DNA from: Deltaproteobacteria bacterium
Lineage (GTDB): Bacteria > Myxococcota_A > Polyangia > Fen-1088
Direction: 5' to 3'
DNA: 64,000 nt
Assembly: GCA_033763315.1 (NCBI GenBank)
Contig: JANRKS010000002.1
Coordinates: 320,001 to 384,000, forward strand
Below are positions 36,234 to 45,770 of this stretch, piece by piece. The first letter of the stretch is position 1. Every line of letters begins with the position of its first letter. Both the position numbers and the translations under genes were made by a program. The notes beneath the pieces were generated by a model. The model had not been told where the DNA came from and made no database searches. It saw only the letters and a list, made by a program, of their open reading frames with translations.

Positions 36234-37580
36234 ATGATGAAAGTTGATCGTCGCACAATTCTTTGCACGTTGGGACTCACAGCAGGTTCAACGTTGTTCC
36301 CGTCCTTGAACCGCCGCGCCCAAGCCGCCACGGCGCCGAAGCGCTTCTTGGTTTTCTATACCTACCACGGCACGTTGCCGCAGTTCTTGGTGCCCACCGC
36401 TGGCACGGAAACCGACTTCACGGTGAACAGCTTGATGAAGCCTTACGAGGCTTTCAAGAAAGACATCGTGTTGCTCGACAATCTGGATTTCAAGAGTTGG
36501 GGCGCCACCAACCCGAACCCAGGCAACGCGCATCAACAGGGCCAGAACCACGCCATGTGCGCGATTCGCCCGGTCAATGCGGGGCTCGCTGGCGGGCCAA
36601 GCATCGACCAAGTGATCGCCCGCGGCATGAACGCCAAGACCAAGTTTCCTTCGCTCGAACTCGGTGTCACAGACAACGGAAGCTTTCCTTCGTACCACAA
36701 CATTGCCTACAGCGGTTCAGGCCAGCAAATGCCGAGCGAGGGCAGCCCGACGAAGGTGTGGAACAGCGTGTTTAAGGGCTTTATGCCAGCAGGCGGTGGC
36801 TCTGTGCCCGTGCCCGCGGTGCCGGACGCGGAAGCGGTGAAGCAAAAGAGCATCATCGATTACGTCAAAGGCGAAGTGGACGCCGTCTCGAAGAAGTTGG
36901 GCTCAGGCGACAAGGCGCGCCTCGACAACCACTTGTCCGCGGTTCGCGACCTTGAGAACAGCTTGTCTTTGAGTGGTGGTGGCACGGGCATTGTGGGTGC
37001 TCAAGGGGCTGGCTGTGCAGCCCTGCCGCTGCCGGCTGGGTCAGGCTTTAACAACTACGTCGACGCGCAGATCAAGATGATTCAGATGGCGTTCGCATGT
37101 GATCTCACACGCGTCGCTAGCTTGAACGTGGATGAACTTTCGCACGGCACAAGTGGCTACCAAAGCGTGGGTGGCAGCAGCGACGTTCATGACCTGATTC
37201 ACCGCACGTCGCCCGACAATGGCGATTTGAAGGGCAACGCCGATGCCGTTGAGGTGATTCGGAAATATCACTTGGTTTATGCCAACGTCTTTCAGAAGCT
37301 TTTGACAGCGCTCACCATGACGGACGTGGACGGCAAGCGGTTGCTCGATAACACGATCGTGCTGTGGGCAGGCGAGATCGCCAAGGGAAGCCACGCTTAC
37401 AACGACTTCAAGTGGATGTTGGCGGGCAGTGGAGGCGGGGCCATTCGCACGGGGCGGTGGTTGAAGTGCAACGGCGCGCCTCACCAGAACCTATTCGTAA
37501 CATTGGCACGCGCCATGGGCGTTCAGATCGACAAGTTTGGCGAACCCAGCACGTCGACCGGGGCGCTCGGGCTCTCGTAA
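36234..37580 (+). CDS. DUF1552 (HXXSHH-family) Tat-exported protein
   Basis: RRTIL Tat-like signal, PKRFLVFY, SIDQVIA, LDNHLSAVRDLE, AFACDLTRVA, HDLIH, LLDNT, GGAIRTGR; AGGAG SD; usual partner of DUF1592. Confidence 0.92.
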   Translation: MMKVDRRTILCTLGLTAGSTLFPSLNRRAQAATAPKRFLVFYTYHGTLPQFLVPTAGTETDFTVNSLMKPYEAFKKDIVLLDNLDFKSWGATNPNPGNAHQQGQNHAMCAIRPVNAGLAGGPSIDQVIARGMNAKTKFPSLELGVTDNGSFPSYHNIAYSGSGQQMPSEGSPTKVWNSVFKGFMPAGGGSVPVPAVPDAEAVKQKSIIDYVKGEVDAVSKKLGSGDKARLDNHLSAVRDLENSLSLSGGGTGIVGAQGAGCAALPLPAGSGFNNYVDAQIKMIQMAFACDLTRVASLNVDELSHGTSGYQSVGGSSDVHDLIHRTSPDNGDLKGNADAVEVIRKYHLVYANVFQKLLTALTMTDVDGKRLLDNTIVLWAGEIAKGSHAYNDFKWMLAGSGGGAIRTGRWLKCNGAPHQNLFVTLARAMGVQIDKFGEPSTSTGALGLS

Positions 37581-37618
37581 GCCTGGCTGTTTCATGGGCG
37601 CGCGCTACGCTGCCGCCC

Positions 37619-38401
37619 ATGAAGGATCGTTCGCGTGGCCCAGTGGCCTTTGCTCTGGTTGTACTTGTTTCAGGCGCCTTCGCTGCTTGTGCGTCGTCGG
37701 CTTCAAAAAAGCCCGTGGCAACGCCAGACGCGCCGAAGCCTGATTATGCCGCCGTGGTGGCTTCGCCTGATCGGTCCGACGACGATAGGGCGTTAGATGA
37801 GGGACGTAAGCCGGCCGCCTTGCTGGGGTTCATGGATGTGCGGCCCGGGTGGTCCGTGGCAGAACTGGGGGCGGGCGGGGGATACACAACCGAGCTGCTG
37901 GCACGCGTGGTGGGGCCTGCGGGCAAGGTTTTCGCGCAGAACCCCGCCATGGTGGTGGAAAAGTTTGTCAAAGACGCGTGGCCGGCCCGCTTGGCAAGGC
38001 CCATCAACAAGAACGTCATTCGCGTGGATCGCGAGTTCGATTCACCACTGCCCCCCGAAGCCAAGGATCTGAACCTGGTGGTGATGAATCTTTTTTACCA
38101 CGACACCTATTGGTTCGGCACCGACCGCAAGGCGATGAACGATGCCGTGTGGAAGGCGCTTAGGCGCGGGGGGGCGTACGTGATCATCGATCACAGCGGT
38201 CGCAAGGGCACGGGCGCCAAAGAGGTGAAAAGCCTTCACCGGATCGAAGAGTCAGTGGTGGTGGACGACGTGGAGGCCTCGGGGTTTGCGCTGGCAAGCA
38301 CAGGTGACTTCCTTCGCAATCCGCAGGACACGCGCGATTGGATGGTCTTCAAAGAGCGGGGCACCACAGATCGCTTCGTGCTTAAGTTCGTTAAGCCCTA
38401 A
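37619..38401 (+). CDS. class I SAM-dependent methyltransferase with lipoprotein signal
   Basis: FAAC lipobox, DEGRKPA.LL.F, ELGAGGGYTTELLA, YHD, IDH, LHRIE, LRNPQD, TDRFVLKFVKP. Confidence 0.85.
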   Translation: MKDRSRGPVAFALVVLVSGAFAACASSASKKPVATPDAPKPDYAAVVASPDRSDDDRALDEGRKPAALLGFMDVRPGWSVAELGAGGGYTTELLARVVGPAGKVFAQNPAMVVEKFVKDAWPARLARPINKNVIRVDREFDSPLPPEAKDLNLVVMNLFYHDTYWFGTDRKAMNDAVWKALRRGGAYVIIDHSGRKGTGAKEVKSLHRIEESVVVDDVEASGFALASTGDFLRNPQDTRDWMVFKERGTTDRFVLKFVKP

Positions 38402-38441
38402 CGCCCGCTTGCAGTGGCACGCTTGCCGCGAAAAGTTTTTT

Positions 38442-38478
38442 CACCCGCTCGGGAACTTCCTGGTTCCGGCGGGTGTCT
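38442..38478 (+). promoter_or_regulatory. ECF-sigma-like promoter (GGAACTT-N16-GTCT) embedded in an imperfect hairpin
   Basis: GGAACTT at 38452, GTCT at 38475, upstream A/T tract; CACCCGC..GGAAC/GTTCC..GCGGGTG inverted repeat. Confidence 0.4.
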
Positions 38479-38568
38479 TCGTTTGTGAACCCGTCGGAGC
38501 GCGCCCGGCGGCGCCGTCCAGCGCTTTGGCTGTGCGGCCGCTGCAACACATTTTGGAAGGGGCACGTT

Positions 38569-39930
38569 ATGCAACTGGAGCACAAGGGGTTCGTGCGTTC
38601 GCAACACGCCGAGGCGCTGACGCACGTGGTGGTGCAAGCCTCGCTGCACGGACAGCCATGGGGCCAATGGCTGTTTTGCACCTCATCGAAGTCGCCACCC
38701 AAAGCTTTCTGTATTGGCTGGAGCGGGAGAACCCACGCCCCGGTGGGGCCGCAGGTGGTGACAAACGCAACGCATAGGCTGATCGAGATCGGACAAGGCG
38801 CTTGTGCGCTTCATTTGACGGACGCGATGGCGTGTGTGGTGACAAGCGAAGGGGCGCAGCAGCCTTGCACCGAACGTGAGGTGGCCTTACGTCGCGACCA
38901 AGCCGCCCTGATTCGTTGTGGCGCGTTTACGTTTACGGCGACCTGGCAGGCACCGCCCGCGGTGGTGGCGCCCCCGGCCAAACGCGCCTTGCGTTCGCTA
39001 TGGCCTGAAGCTTTGTCGCTGGCTGTGGTGCTGTTTGCTTTGCTCATATTGTGGCTGGTGCCGCCCGACAGGATGGCGCTTTCGGTTTGGAACCCTCAGC
39101 GCACCATTTTCATGCCAGACACCACGCGAATCCCTCCCGTGCCACCAGCTGAGAAGCCCATCGTTACGGAAGCGGGCGCCACTTCAGGTAAGACCGCTGC
39201 CGCCGCGCACGTGAAGTCTCCAACGACCACCGCTTCGAAGCCGCCTGGAAGCCGCGGGCCGCAGCCGGATGGCAAGGCGCCGCGGGAAACCGGGATGCTG
39301 GAGGTGCTTTCGGTCCTCGGCCGTTCGAGCGGCGTGGTGCGGACGTTGTTTGCACCAGGTGATGGCATGGGCGAAGTGCTGCAGGGTTTGTCGACGGCGG
39401 ATGTTTCACTGGGTGACAACACGGGCGGTTTGCACGTTTCACTTGATGAGGGACCTGCCGGCCAAACGATCGGCGATGGCCGTTTGCATACGGTGGGTGA
39501 CTGCCCCCCCGGCACGGTGTGTGGGGGACGGCGCAACTTTCGGCAGGCGGGCACGCTGAAACAACACATCGCCCGGGTGCCCGTTGTGGCGATGCCGTGT
39601 GAAGCGGGCAGCCCGCTTTGTGGGGCACGCGGGGCGCTGGACAAAGAGCTTGTGCGCCGCGAGATCCGCAAACACATCAGTGAGATCAAATACTGCTACG
39701 AGCAGCAGCTTGTGCGCGCGCCGTCGCTGTCTGGCCGCGTGGCTGTGCGGTTCGTGATTGTGGCGACGGGTGCGGTGGCCGCGTCATCGATTGCCGAGTC
39801 ATCGTTGGGAGACGCTTCGGTTGAGGCCTGTGTGGCCAATGCGGTTAAACGCTGGCAGTTTCCCGTGGCGCAGCAAGCGGGGGCCACCATCGTGACTTAC
39901 CCGTTTTCGTTTTCTCCGGCGGGCGGCTAG
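38569..39930 (+). CDS. AgmX/PglI/GltG-like TonB C-terminal domain protein
   Basis: Single TM, Pro/Gly-rich periplasmic part, C-terminal LDKELVRREIRKHISEIKYCYEQQL..P.LSGRV..CV..AVKRWQFP..VTYPF; start ATG 38569. Confidence 0.85.
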   Translation: MQLEHKGFVRSQHAEALTHVVVQASLHGQPWGQWLFCTSSKSPPKAFCIGWSGRTHAPVGPQVVTNATHRLIEIGQGACALHLTDAMACVVTSEGAQQPCTEREVALRRDQAALIRCGAFTFTATWQAPPAVVAPPAKRALRSLWPEALSLAVVLFALLILWLVPPDRMALSVWNPQRTIFMPDTTRIPPVPPAEKPIVTEAGATSGKTAAAAHVKSPTTTASKPPGSRGPQPDGKAPRETGMLEVLSVLGRSSGVVRTLFAPGDGMGEVLQGLSTADVSLGDNTGGLHVSLDEGPAGQTIGDGRLHTVGDCPPGTVCGGRRNFRQAGTLKQHIARVPVVAMPCEAGSPLCGARGALDKELVRREIRKHISEIKYCYEQQLVRAPSLSGRVAVRFVIVATGAVAASSIAESSLGDASVEACVANAVKRWQFPVAQQAGATIVTYPFSFSPAGG

Positions 39931-39936
39931 CGCTCG

Positions 39937-41868
39937 CTACATCACAAGCTGCGTGCCCACTTCGATCACGCGGTTGGGTGGCAGACCGAAGAAATCGGTG
40001 GGCGTGCTGGAGTTGCGCGATAAGAAGCGGAACAGCTTAAACCGCCACGCCGGCATGCTGCTTTTCTCCTTGGCGCGCACCAGGGTCTCGCGGCCCAAGA
40101 AGAAGCTTGTGGTTTCGATGTTGACCACCAAACCTTGATCGCGCAGCCGTGCCAAGATCTCAGAGACGTCGGGGCTTTCCATGAAACCGAAGTGCGCCAC
40201 CACGCCAATGAAGCCCTGGCCGAAGTCTTTGGAGCGAACGCGATCGGCGTGTGCCACGCGTGGTACATCGTCGCTGGCGATCGACAAAATAATCACGCGC
40301 CGGTGAAGAACTTTGTTGTGCTTGAAATGATGCAAAAGCGCATTCGGCGTGCCGCGCCGAACGGGCGAAAGGAAGATGGCGGTGCCTGCCACCCGGTGAG
40401 GGTTCGACAACTTCACGTCTTCGATGAACAACGGCAAGGGTAAGGTGGAGGACTCAACGTATTTTTCAAGCAGGCCGCGTCCGTTGCGCCACGTGGTCAT
40501 CACTGCCACGGCCAACGCGGCAATCAAGATGGGGACCCATCCCCCTTCACCGATCTTGCGGACGTTCGCCAACAAGAAGGCCATATCGACGACGCCAAAC
40601 AAACAACACAACGCCAAAGATGGCAGCAACGGCCAATGCCACACGCGTCGACAAGCCAAGAAGAACAGCATCGTTGTGATGACCATCGTGCCCGTCACAG
40701 CGATGCCGTAAGCGGCGGCCAGGCCGGCCGAAGTTCTGAACTGCAACACGAGAGCTAAGCAAGCCACCATCAAGATGGCGTTCATCTCGGGCACGTAGAT
40801 CTGCCCCTCCACGGTGGCCGACGTGTGTTGCACAGTGAGGCGGGGGGCCCATCCCATGTGGATGGCTTGCCTCGCCAAAGAGAAGACCCCGGAAATGAGC
40901 GCTTGCGACGCCACCACGGTGGCCACTGTGGCCACGCCGATGAGGGGATAGATGGCCCACCCGTCAACGAGCGCATAAAACGGCTGCGTCGCCTGCTCAG
41001 GGTGCTGCAAAAGCAGGGCACCTTGACCGAAATAATTGATGAGCAGGGCGGGCCACACGAAGAAGAACCAGGTCCTGCGAATGGCGCTGGCTCCAAAGTG
41101 ACCAAGGTCGGCGTACAGAGCCTCGCCACCCGTAACGCACAACACGACGGCGCCCAACAGCAAGAAGGCGTGCATGCCCCCATGCATCATGAAAGTGAAG
41201 GCGTAATAAGGATTAAGCGCCTTCAAGATTTGTGGCTGGCGAAAGATCCAAGGCAGGCCGGTGATGGTCAGGGTGCCGAACCATATGAGCATGGCGGGGC
41301 CGAAGAAGGCCCCAACCAGCGCCGTGCCCCGCCTTTGCACCAGGAACAGCAACACCAAAATGGCGCAGGTGATGGGCAACACCAGCGCGCCCAGATGGCC
41401 GCCTGTGACTTCGAGGCCCTCGACCGCCGACAACACCGAGATGGCCGGTGTGATCATGCCATCGCCCAGCAGCAGGGCGGCCCCGGCCAGACCCAGAAAC
41501 GTCGCCACGAGATCGCGACGACGGCGGTGGCCTTCGTCTTTGGGAAGCACCAGGGCCAAAAGAGCCAACACGCCCCCCTCACCCCGGTTGTCTGCGCGCA
41601 CCACGAAGACCAAGTACTTGAGGGCCACCACGAACGCCAACGCCCAGAACACGAGCGACAGCACGCCCATGATGTTGGCTGGCGCCGCGCCCATGCCTTC
41701 AGGCCCACTGACGCACTCCCGAATGGCGTAAAGGGGAGAGGTTCCGATGTCGCCGAAAACAACGCCCAGCGCTCCAAGCAGGAGTTTGAGGTTGGGCTTT
41801 TGGTCGGAGTGTGGCGTGTGGCCAGCTCCCTCTGTCGGGTCGGGGCGCGTTGCGCCATCCGAAGTCAT
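39937..41868 (-). CDS. kup: potassium transporter Kup
   Basis: LGVVFGDIGTSPLYA, ADNRGEGG, GDGMITPAISVLSAVEGL, TGGEALYADLGHFG, SQALISG, GQIYVP, AYGIAVT, FGFME, FFLGRE. Confidence 0.97.
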   Translation of the reverse strand: MTSDGATRPDPTEGAGHTPHSDQKPNLKLLLGALGVVFGDIGTSPLYAIRECVSGPEGMGAAPANIMGVLSLVFWALAFVVALKYLVFVVRADNRGEGGVLALLALVLPKDEGHRRRRDLVATFLGLAGAALLLGDGMITPAISVLSAVEGLEVTGGHLGALVLPITCAILVLLFLVQRRGTALVGAFFGPAMLIWFGTLTITGLPWIFRQPQILKALNPYYAFTFMMHGGMHAFLLLGAVVLCVTGGEALYADLGHFGASAIRRTWFFFVWPALLINYFGQGALLLQHPEQATQPFYALVDGWAIYPLIGVATVATVVASQALISGVFSLARQAIHMGWAPRLTVQHTSATVEGQIYVPEMNAILMVACLALVLQFRTSAGLAAAYGIAVTGTMVITTMLFFLACRRVWHWPLLPSLALCCLFGVVDMAFLLANVRKIGEGGWVPILIAALAVAVMTTWRNGRGLLEKYVESSTLPLPLFIEDVKLSNPHRVAGTAIFLSPVRRGTPNALLHHFKHNKVLHRRVIILSIASDDVPRVAHADRVRSKDFGQGFIGVVAHFGFMESPDVSEILARLRDQGLVVNIETTSFFLGRETLVRAKEKSSMPAWRFKLFRFLSRNSSTPTDFFGLPPNRVIEVGTQLVM

Positions 41869-41936
41869 GCGGCCCTTACTACCAGAGGCGGCGGCAGTGT
41901 CTAGTGATTTTGGGAACTGCTACCCTGCCGTCACAC

Positions 41937-43022
41937 ATGTACACCCTCCTGTTCAACCTTGTGCTGCGCCGCCTGCCCGCCGAGATGATTCATCATTTCG
42001 CTTTTGCGGCGCTCCGCTTGCTGATGGCCGCCCCATTGGTGGGTTGGTGCCTAAAGCGCCTGTTGCGGCCCACCGCGCCGGCGTTGCGCGTACGCGCCAT
42101 GGGGTTGGACTTTCCCAGTCCCGTGGGCCTGGCCGCAGGGTTTGACAAGAACGCGATGGCGTTCGACGCCTTGGCAGGGTTGGGCTTTGGTTTCATTGAG
42201 GTGGGCACCCTCACGGGCGAGCCGCAGCCCGGGAACCCACAACCACGGTTGTTTCGCTTGCCTGCCGATCGGGCGCTGATCAACCGCATGGGCTTTAACA
42301 ACGACGGTGCCATGGCTGCGGCCGCGCGGCTGCAAAGACGCGGATCCGGCATTGTGGGGGGCAACATCGGCAAGACCAAGGTAGTGCCGGAAGAGGCAGC
42401 GATTGCCGACTACGTGAAGAGCACGCGTGCCCTGGGCGGCGTGGTGGATTATCTCGTCGTAAATGTGAGTTCACCGAACACGCCCGGTCTGCGCAATCTG
42501 CAAGCGGTGGAGAAGCTGTCGCCTTTGCTGCAAGCGGTGCGCACGGCTTTGGATGAAGCGAGCCCTGGCAAGCGGGTGCCGTTGCTGGTGAAGATTGCCC
42601 CTGATCTGGCGGACGACGACGTGGACGCTGTGGCGGATATGGCCTTGTCGTTGGGCCTCGACGGCATCATCGCCACCAACACAACGATTTCGCGTGAGGG
42701 CCTGCGCACGCCCAAGGCCGATGTGGATGCGATTGGCGCAGGCGGGCTTTCGGGCGCGCCCGTGAAACAGCGTGCCCTGCAGGTGTTGCGACGCCTTTCA
42801 GCACGCACGCAAGGCAAATTGGTTCTTGTGGCGGCCGGTGGCATTGAAACCGCGGACGACGTTTACGAACGGCTCAAGGCCGGCGCCACTTTGGTGCAAC
42901 TTTACACGGGCTTCATCTATGGCGGGCCGCTGCTGCCTTGGCGTTTGAACCGCGGCCTGGCGGCCAAACTCGCGCGTGAGGGTGTGCCTTCTGTTCTGGC
43001 GCTCCAGAGCTTGGACGCCTAA
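41937..43022 (+). CDS. pyrD: quinone-dependent dihydroorotate dehydrogenase
   Basis: GLAAGFDKN, GNPQPRLFRL, INRMGFNNDG, NIGK, NVSSPNTPGLR, KIAPDL, TNTT, GGLSG, QLYTG; start ATG 41937. Confidence 0.97.
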   Translation: MYTLLFNLVLRRLPAEMIHHFAFAALRLLMAAPLVGWCLKRLLRPTAPALRVRAMGLDFPSPVGLAAGFDKNAMAFDALAGLGFGFIEVGTLTGEPQPGNPQPRLFRLPADRALINRMGFNNDGAMAAAARLQRRGSGIVGGNIGKTKVVPEEAAIADYVKSTRALGGVVDYLVVNVSSPNTPGLRNLQAVEKLSPLLQAVRTALDEASPGKRVPLLVKIAPDLADDDVDAVADMALSLGLDGIIATNTTISREGLRTPKADVDAIGAGGLSGAPVKQRALQVLRRLSARTQGKLVLVAAGGIETADDVYERLKAGATLVQLYTGFIYGGPLLPWRLNRGLAAKLAREGVPSVLALQSLDA

Positions 43023-45043
43023 GGGGCCACATAGCGTGCGCGCAACTCGCGGCGCATGATCTTGTTCGACGCCGTGACCGGCATGTGCGCCAACGCCACA
43101 ACGTCATGGATGCGGAACAAAGGGTTGAGCTGCGTTTTTATCGCTTCTTGCAGGCGTGGCTTCAACGCATCGGCCGGCTCTGTGGCAACGACGAACACCA
43201 CCAGGAGGCTTGGGCCCCCGCCAGGGGGCGACACGGCGATCGCCGCCGCACGAGAGACCCCATGCACACCTTCGAGCACGCGTTCGATCTCGGCGCTGCT
43301 GACCTTGATGCCGCCCAGGTTCATCGTGTCGTCGATGCGTCCGTGGGCCCGATAAAAGCCGCCTGGCAGTTGTTCAATCTGATCGCCGTGCCGGCGCAGT
43401 GGTTCACCCGCAGGCCCTGTGGGGGTGCCTTCGAAGTAAACTTGGTGATGATCGCGGTTGAGTAGCTTTTGCGAATACCCCAACGTGGGTGGCACCAAGA
43501 ACACTTCGCCGTTGTTTGTCGGCTCGCCGTGTTCATCCAGTAAAACAAAGCGTGAACCAAGGGCCGGGGTCGTGAAAGTTGCAGGTGAGGCGGGTTGCAG
43601 CAGCGTTCCGGTGATGTAGCCGCCGCCAATCTCCGTGCCGCCACAGTATTCAATGACGGGGCGATAGTGGGCCAGCATCATGAGGTAAAGGTAATCATCC
43701 GCGTTCGATGCCTCACCGGTGGACCCCAAACATTTGAGGCTCGACCAATCAAGCCCCACCATGCGATCGTCGCTGCGCCAGGTTTTGACGATGGAAGGCA
43801 CCACGCCCAACACGTTTACACGGGCGTCTGCGATGAATTCGCCGAACGCGCGCGTTGTGGGGGCGTCGTTGAATAAAGCAATGGTGCCTTGGTTGATCAA
43901 CGTGGCATAGATCAGCCAGGGACCCATCATCCAGCCGAGGTTTGTGGGCCACGCCACTACGTCACCAGGCGTGATGTCGAGGTGGTAGGCGCCATCCATC
44001 GCGCATTTGATCGGTGCCAGCTGCGTCCAAGGGATGGCCTTGGGCTCGCCGGTTGTTCCGGATGAAAATAAGATGTTGGTGACCCGATCCGGTGAACCAA
44101 CGACGGGAGCCAAGGGGGCGCTGGCGGGGGCATTTGCCAAGAAACTTTCCCACGTCACATCGCCGGCACGCAACGCCACACCTTGGCTTTGCAACACAAC
44201 GGCTTGGGGCGGCGCCGCTTGCAGCACCTTTTCGTAAAGCGCCAGACGTTTGCCGCCCCGATCAACAACACCCACGGTGAAGATCGCTTTGGCACCCGAC
44301 AAACGCAGGCGCGTGGCCACTTCGGCAGGAGCCATGGAATCGGCGATGGACACCACCACCATACCCGCGGCCACGATGCCCAAGTAAAGCGAAACGCTTT
44401 CTGCGATCATCGGCATGTTGATGGCCACGGCGTCGCCCTCACCGAGTCCGTGGGCGCGCAAGGCCGCAGCGATGTTTGCCACCTGTGTTTGCAGCTGCGC
44501 ATAAGTCACCGTGACCAGCGGTTGCCCCGGCGATTGCCAAACGATCGCCGCGCTTTGAGGCTGACCACGCAAGCAGCTGTCAATGATGCTCAGCTGCGCC
44601 TCGGGCAACCAGCGCGCGTTTTCCGTGCCGTCCTTCAGGTCCACAATGCGGTGGGGTGGCTTCGCAAACACGATGCCTAGATCGGCAAGGGCGTGTCGCC
44701 AAAACGCCTCTGGGTCGTTGACGCTGAGGGCGTGCAACGCATCCACGGTGCGGACGGCATGTGTTCGCAGCAACTGCGCCACGCGGCTTTCGCGTTCATC
44801 CCGTGCTGTGGGCAACCACGCGGGCGGTGGGCCCGCTGTGATTGGCCAGGCCTCGAACACGTGTTGGTAAAGACGCTGATGAATGGCGAACGGAACCGAT
44901 GGCGTCAGATGGTGCGCGGTCAGTTCGCGCCAGCACGTGGCGGCGTTGCCCTCGGTCAGCCACCGCTGCACATCGCCGAGCCACAGGGACGCCTGCGCGT
45001 CATCCACGCCAAGCGCCAACAAATCTGCGTGGGCGGTCGCCAT
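43019..45043 (-). CDS. AMP-binding acyl-CoA synthetase (acetate/acetoacetate-CoA ligase family)
   Basis: FSSGTTGEPK, WPTNLGWMMGPW, EYCGGTEIGG, HGD, GRIDDTMNLGGIK, TASNKIMRRELR. Confidence 0.92.
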   Translation of the reverse strand: MATAHADLLALGVDDAQASLWLGDVQRWLTEGNAATCWRELTAHHLTPSVPFAIHQRLYQHVFEAWPITAGPPPAWLPTARDERESRVAQLLRTHAVRTVDALHALSVNDPEAFWRHALADLGIVFAKPPHRIVDLKDGTENARWLPEAQLSIIDSCLRGQPQSAAIVWQSPGQPLVTVTYAQLQTQVANIAAALRAHGLGEGDAVAINMPMIAESVSLYLGIVAAGMVVVSIADSMAPAEVATRLRLSGAKAIFTVGVVDRGGKRLALYEKVLQAAPPQAVVLQSQGVALRAGDVTWESFLANAPASAPLAPVVGSPDRVTNILFSSGTTGEPKAIPWTQLAPIKCAMDGAYHLDITPGDVVAWPTNLGWMMGPWLIYATLINQGTIALFNDAPTTRAFGEFIADARVNVLGVVPSIVKTWRSDDRMVGLDWSSLKCLGSTGEASNADDYLYLMMLAHYRPVIEYCGGTEIGGGYITGTLLQPASPATFTTPALGSRFVLLDEHGEPTNNGEVFLVPPTLGYSQKLLNRDHHQVYFEGTPTGPAGEPLRRHGDQIEQLPGGFYRAHGRIDDTMNLGGIKVSSAEIERVLEGVHGVSRAAAIAVSPPGGGPSLLVVFVVATEPADALKPRLQEAIKTQLNPLFRIHDVVALAHMPVTASNKIMRRELRARYVAP

Positions 45044-45053
45044 CGCCGCGAGT

Positions 45054-45629
45054 TTACTCTAGAAGCCGCATGCCCCCAAACGTCTCGCCGTTCATCTGCA
45101 CCTCAAAAACCGCGGTGTTGGGCACGGGGGCAATGGCCACGCCGCTCAACACCGAAAGCAGAACGCGCAACGAGCCTCCGTGGGTGACCACCAGCGCCGT
45201 GGCGGAAGCGGTTCGCAACACATGCAACACGGCCTCATGAACGCGTGCAATGACAAGTTCATGCGGCTCGGCGCCGGGTGGTGTGATGCGTTTGTCTTCT
45301 TGGTAATCAGACCACTCGGTGGGATACCGCGCCGCCACCTCTTCGCGCGTGAGGCCCTCAAACACACCAAAGCTGCGCTCGCGCAACCGGTGATCCACAT
45401 GCACCGTGGCGATGCCGAGGTGCTGCGCCACGATTTCAGCGGTTTGCCGCGCGCGGGCCAGATCGCTTGCGACGATGTGCCCAATCTGCAACGCCGAAAG
45501 CCGCGCCGCCAAAGCCGCCGCCTGGGCGCGCCCGGTTTCATTGAGCGCGATGTCCGTGTGGCCTTGCCAGCGGCCTTCTTTATTCCAGTCGGTCTCGCCG
45601 TGGCGGGTTAAGTAAAGCTTGGTGGTCAT
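45054..45629 (-). CDS. histidine phosphatase (phosphoglycerate mutase family)
   Basis: LTRHGETDWN, SDLARARQTA, LRERSFG.FEG, VTHGG. Confidence 0.93.
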   Translation of the reverse strand: MTTKLYLTRHGETDWNKEGRWQGHTDIALNETGRAQAAALAARLSALQIGHIVASDLARARQTAEIVAQHLGIATVHVDHRLRERSFGVFEGLTREEVAARYPTEWSDYQEDKRITPPGAEPHELVIARVHEAVLHVLRTASATALVVTHGGSLRVLLSVLSGVAIAPVPNTAVFEVQMNGETFGGMRLLE

Positions 45630-45770
45630 AAGCCGTGGTTTCGTCTGAGCGCCGCGAAGTCAAATTCGGTTCGGCCAGACATGGGCTTGCCTGAGAGGAT
45701 GACGAAAAGCAAGTCGGTGATTGCGCCAAAGCACGGCAGGCGGCCACCGTGGCGCCTGCGGGGCATACGA

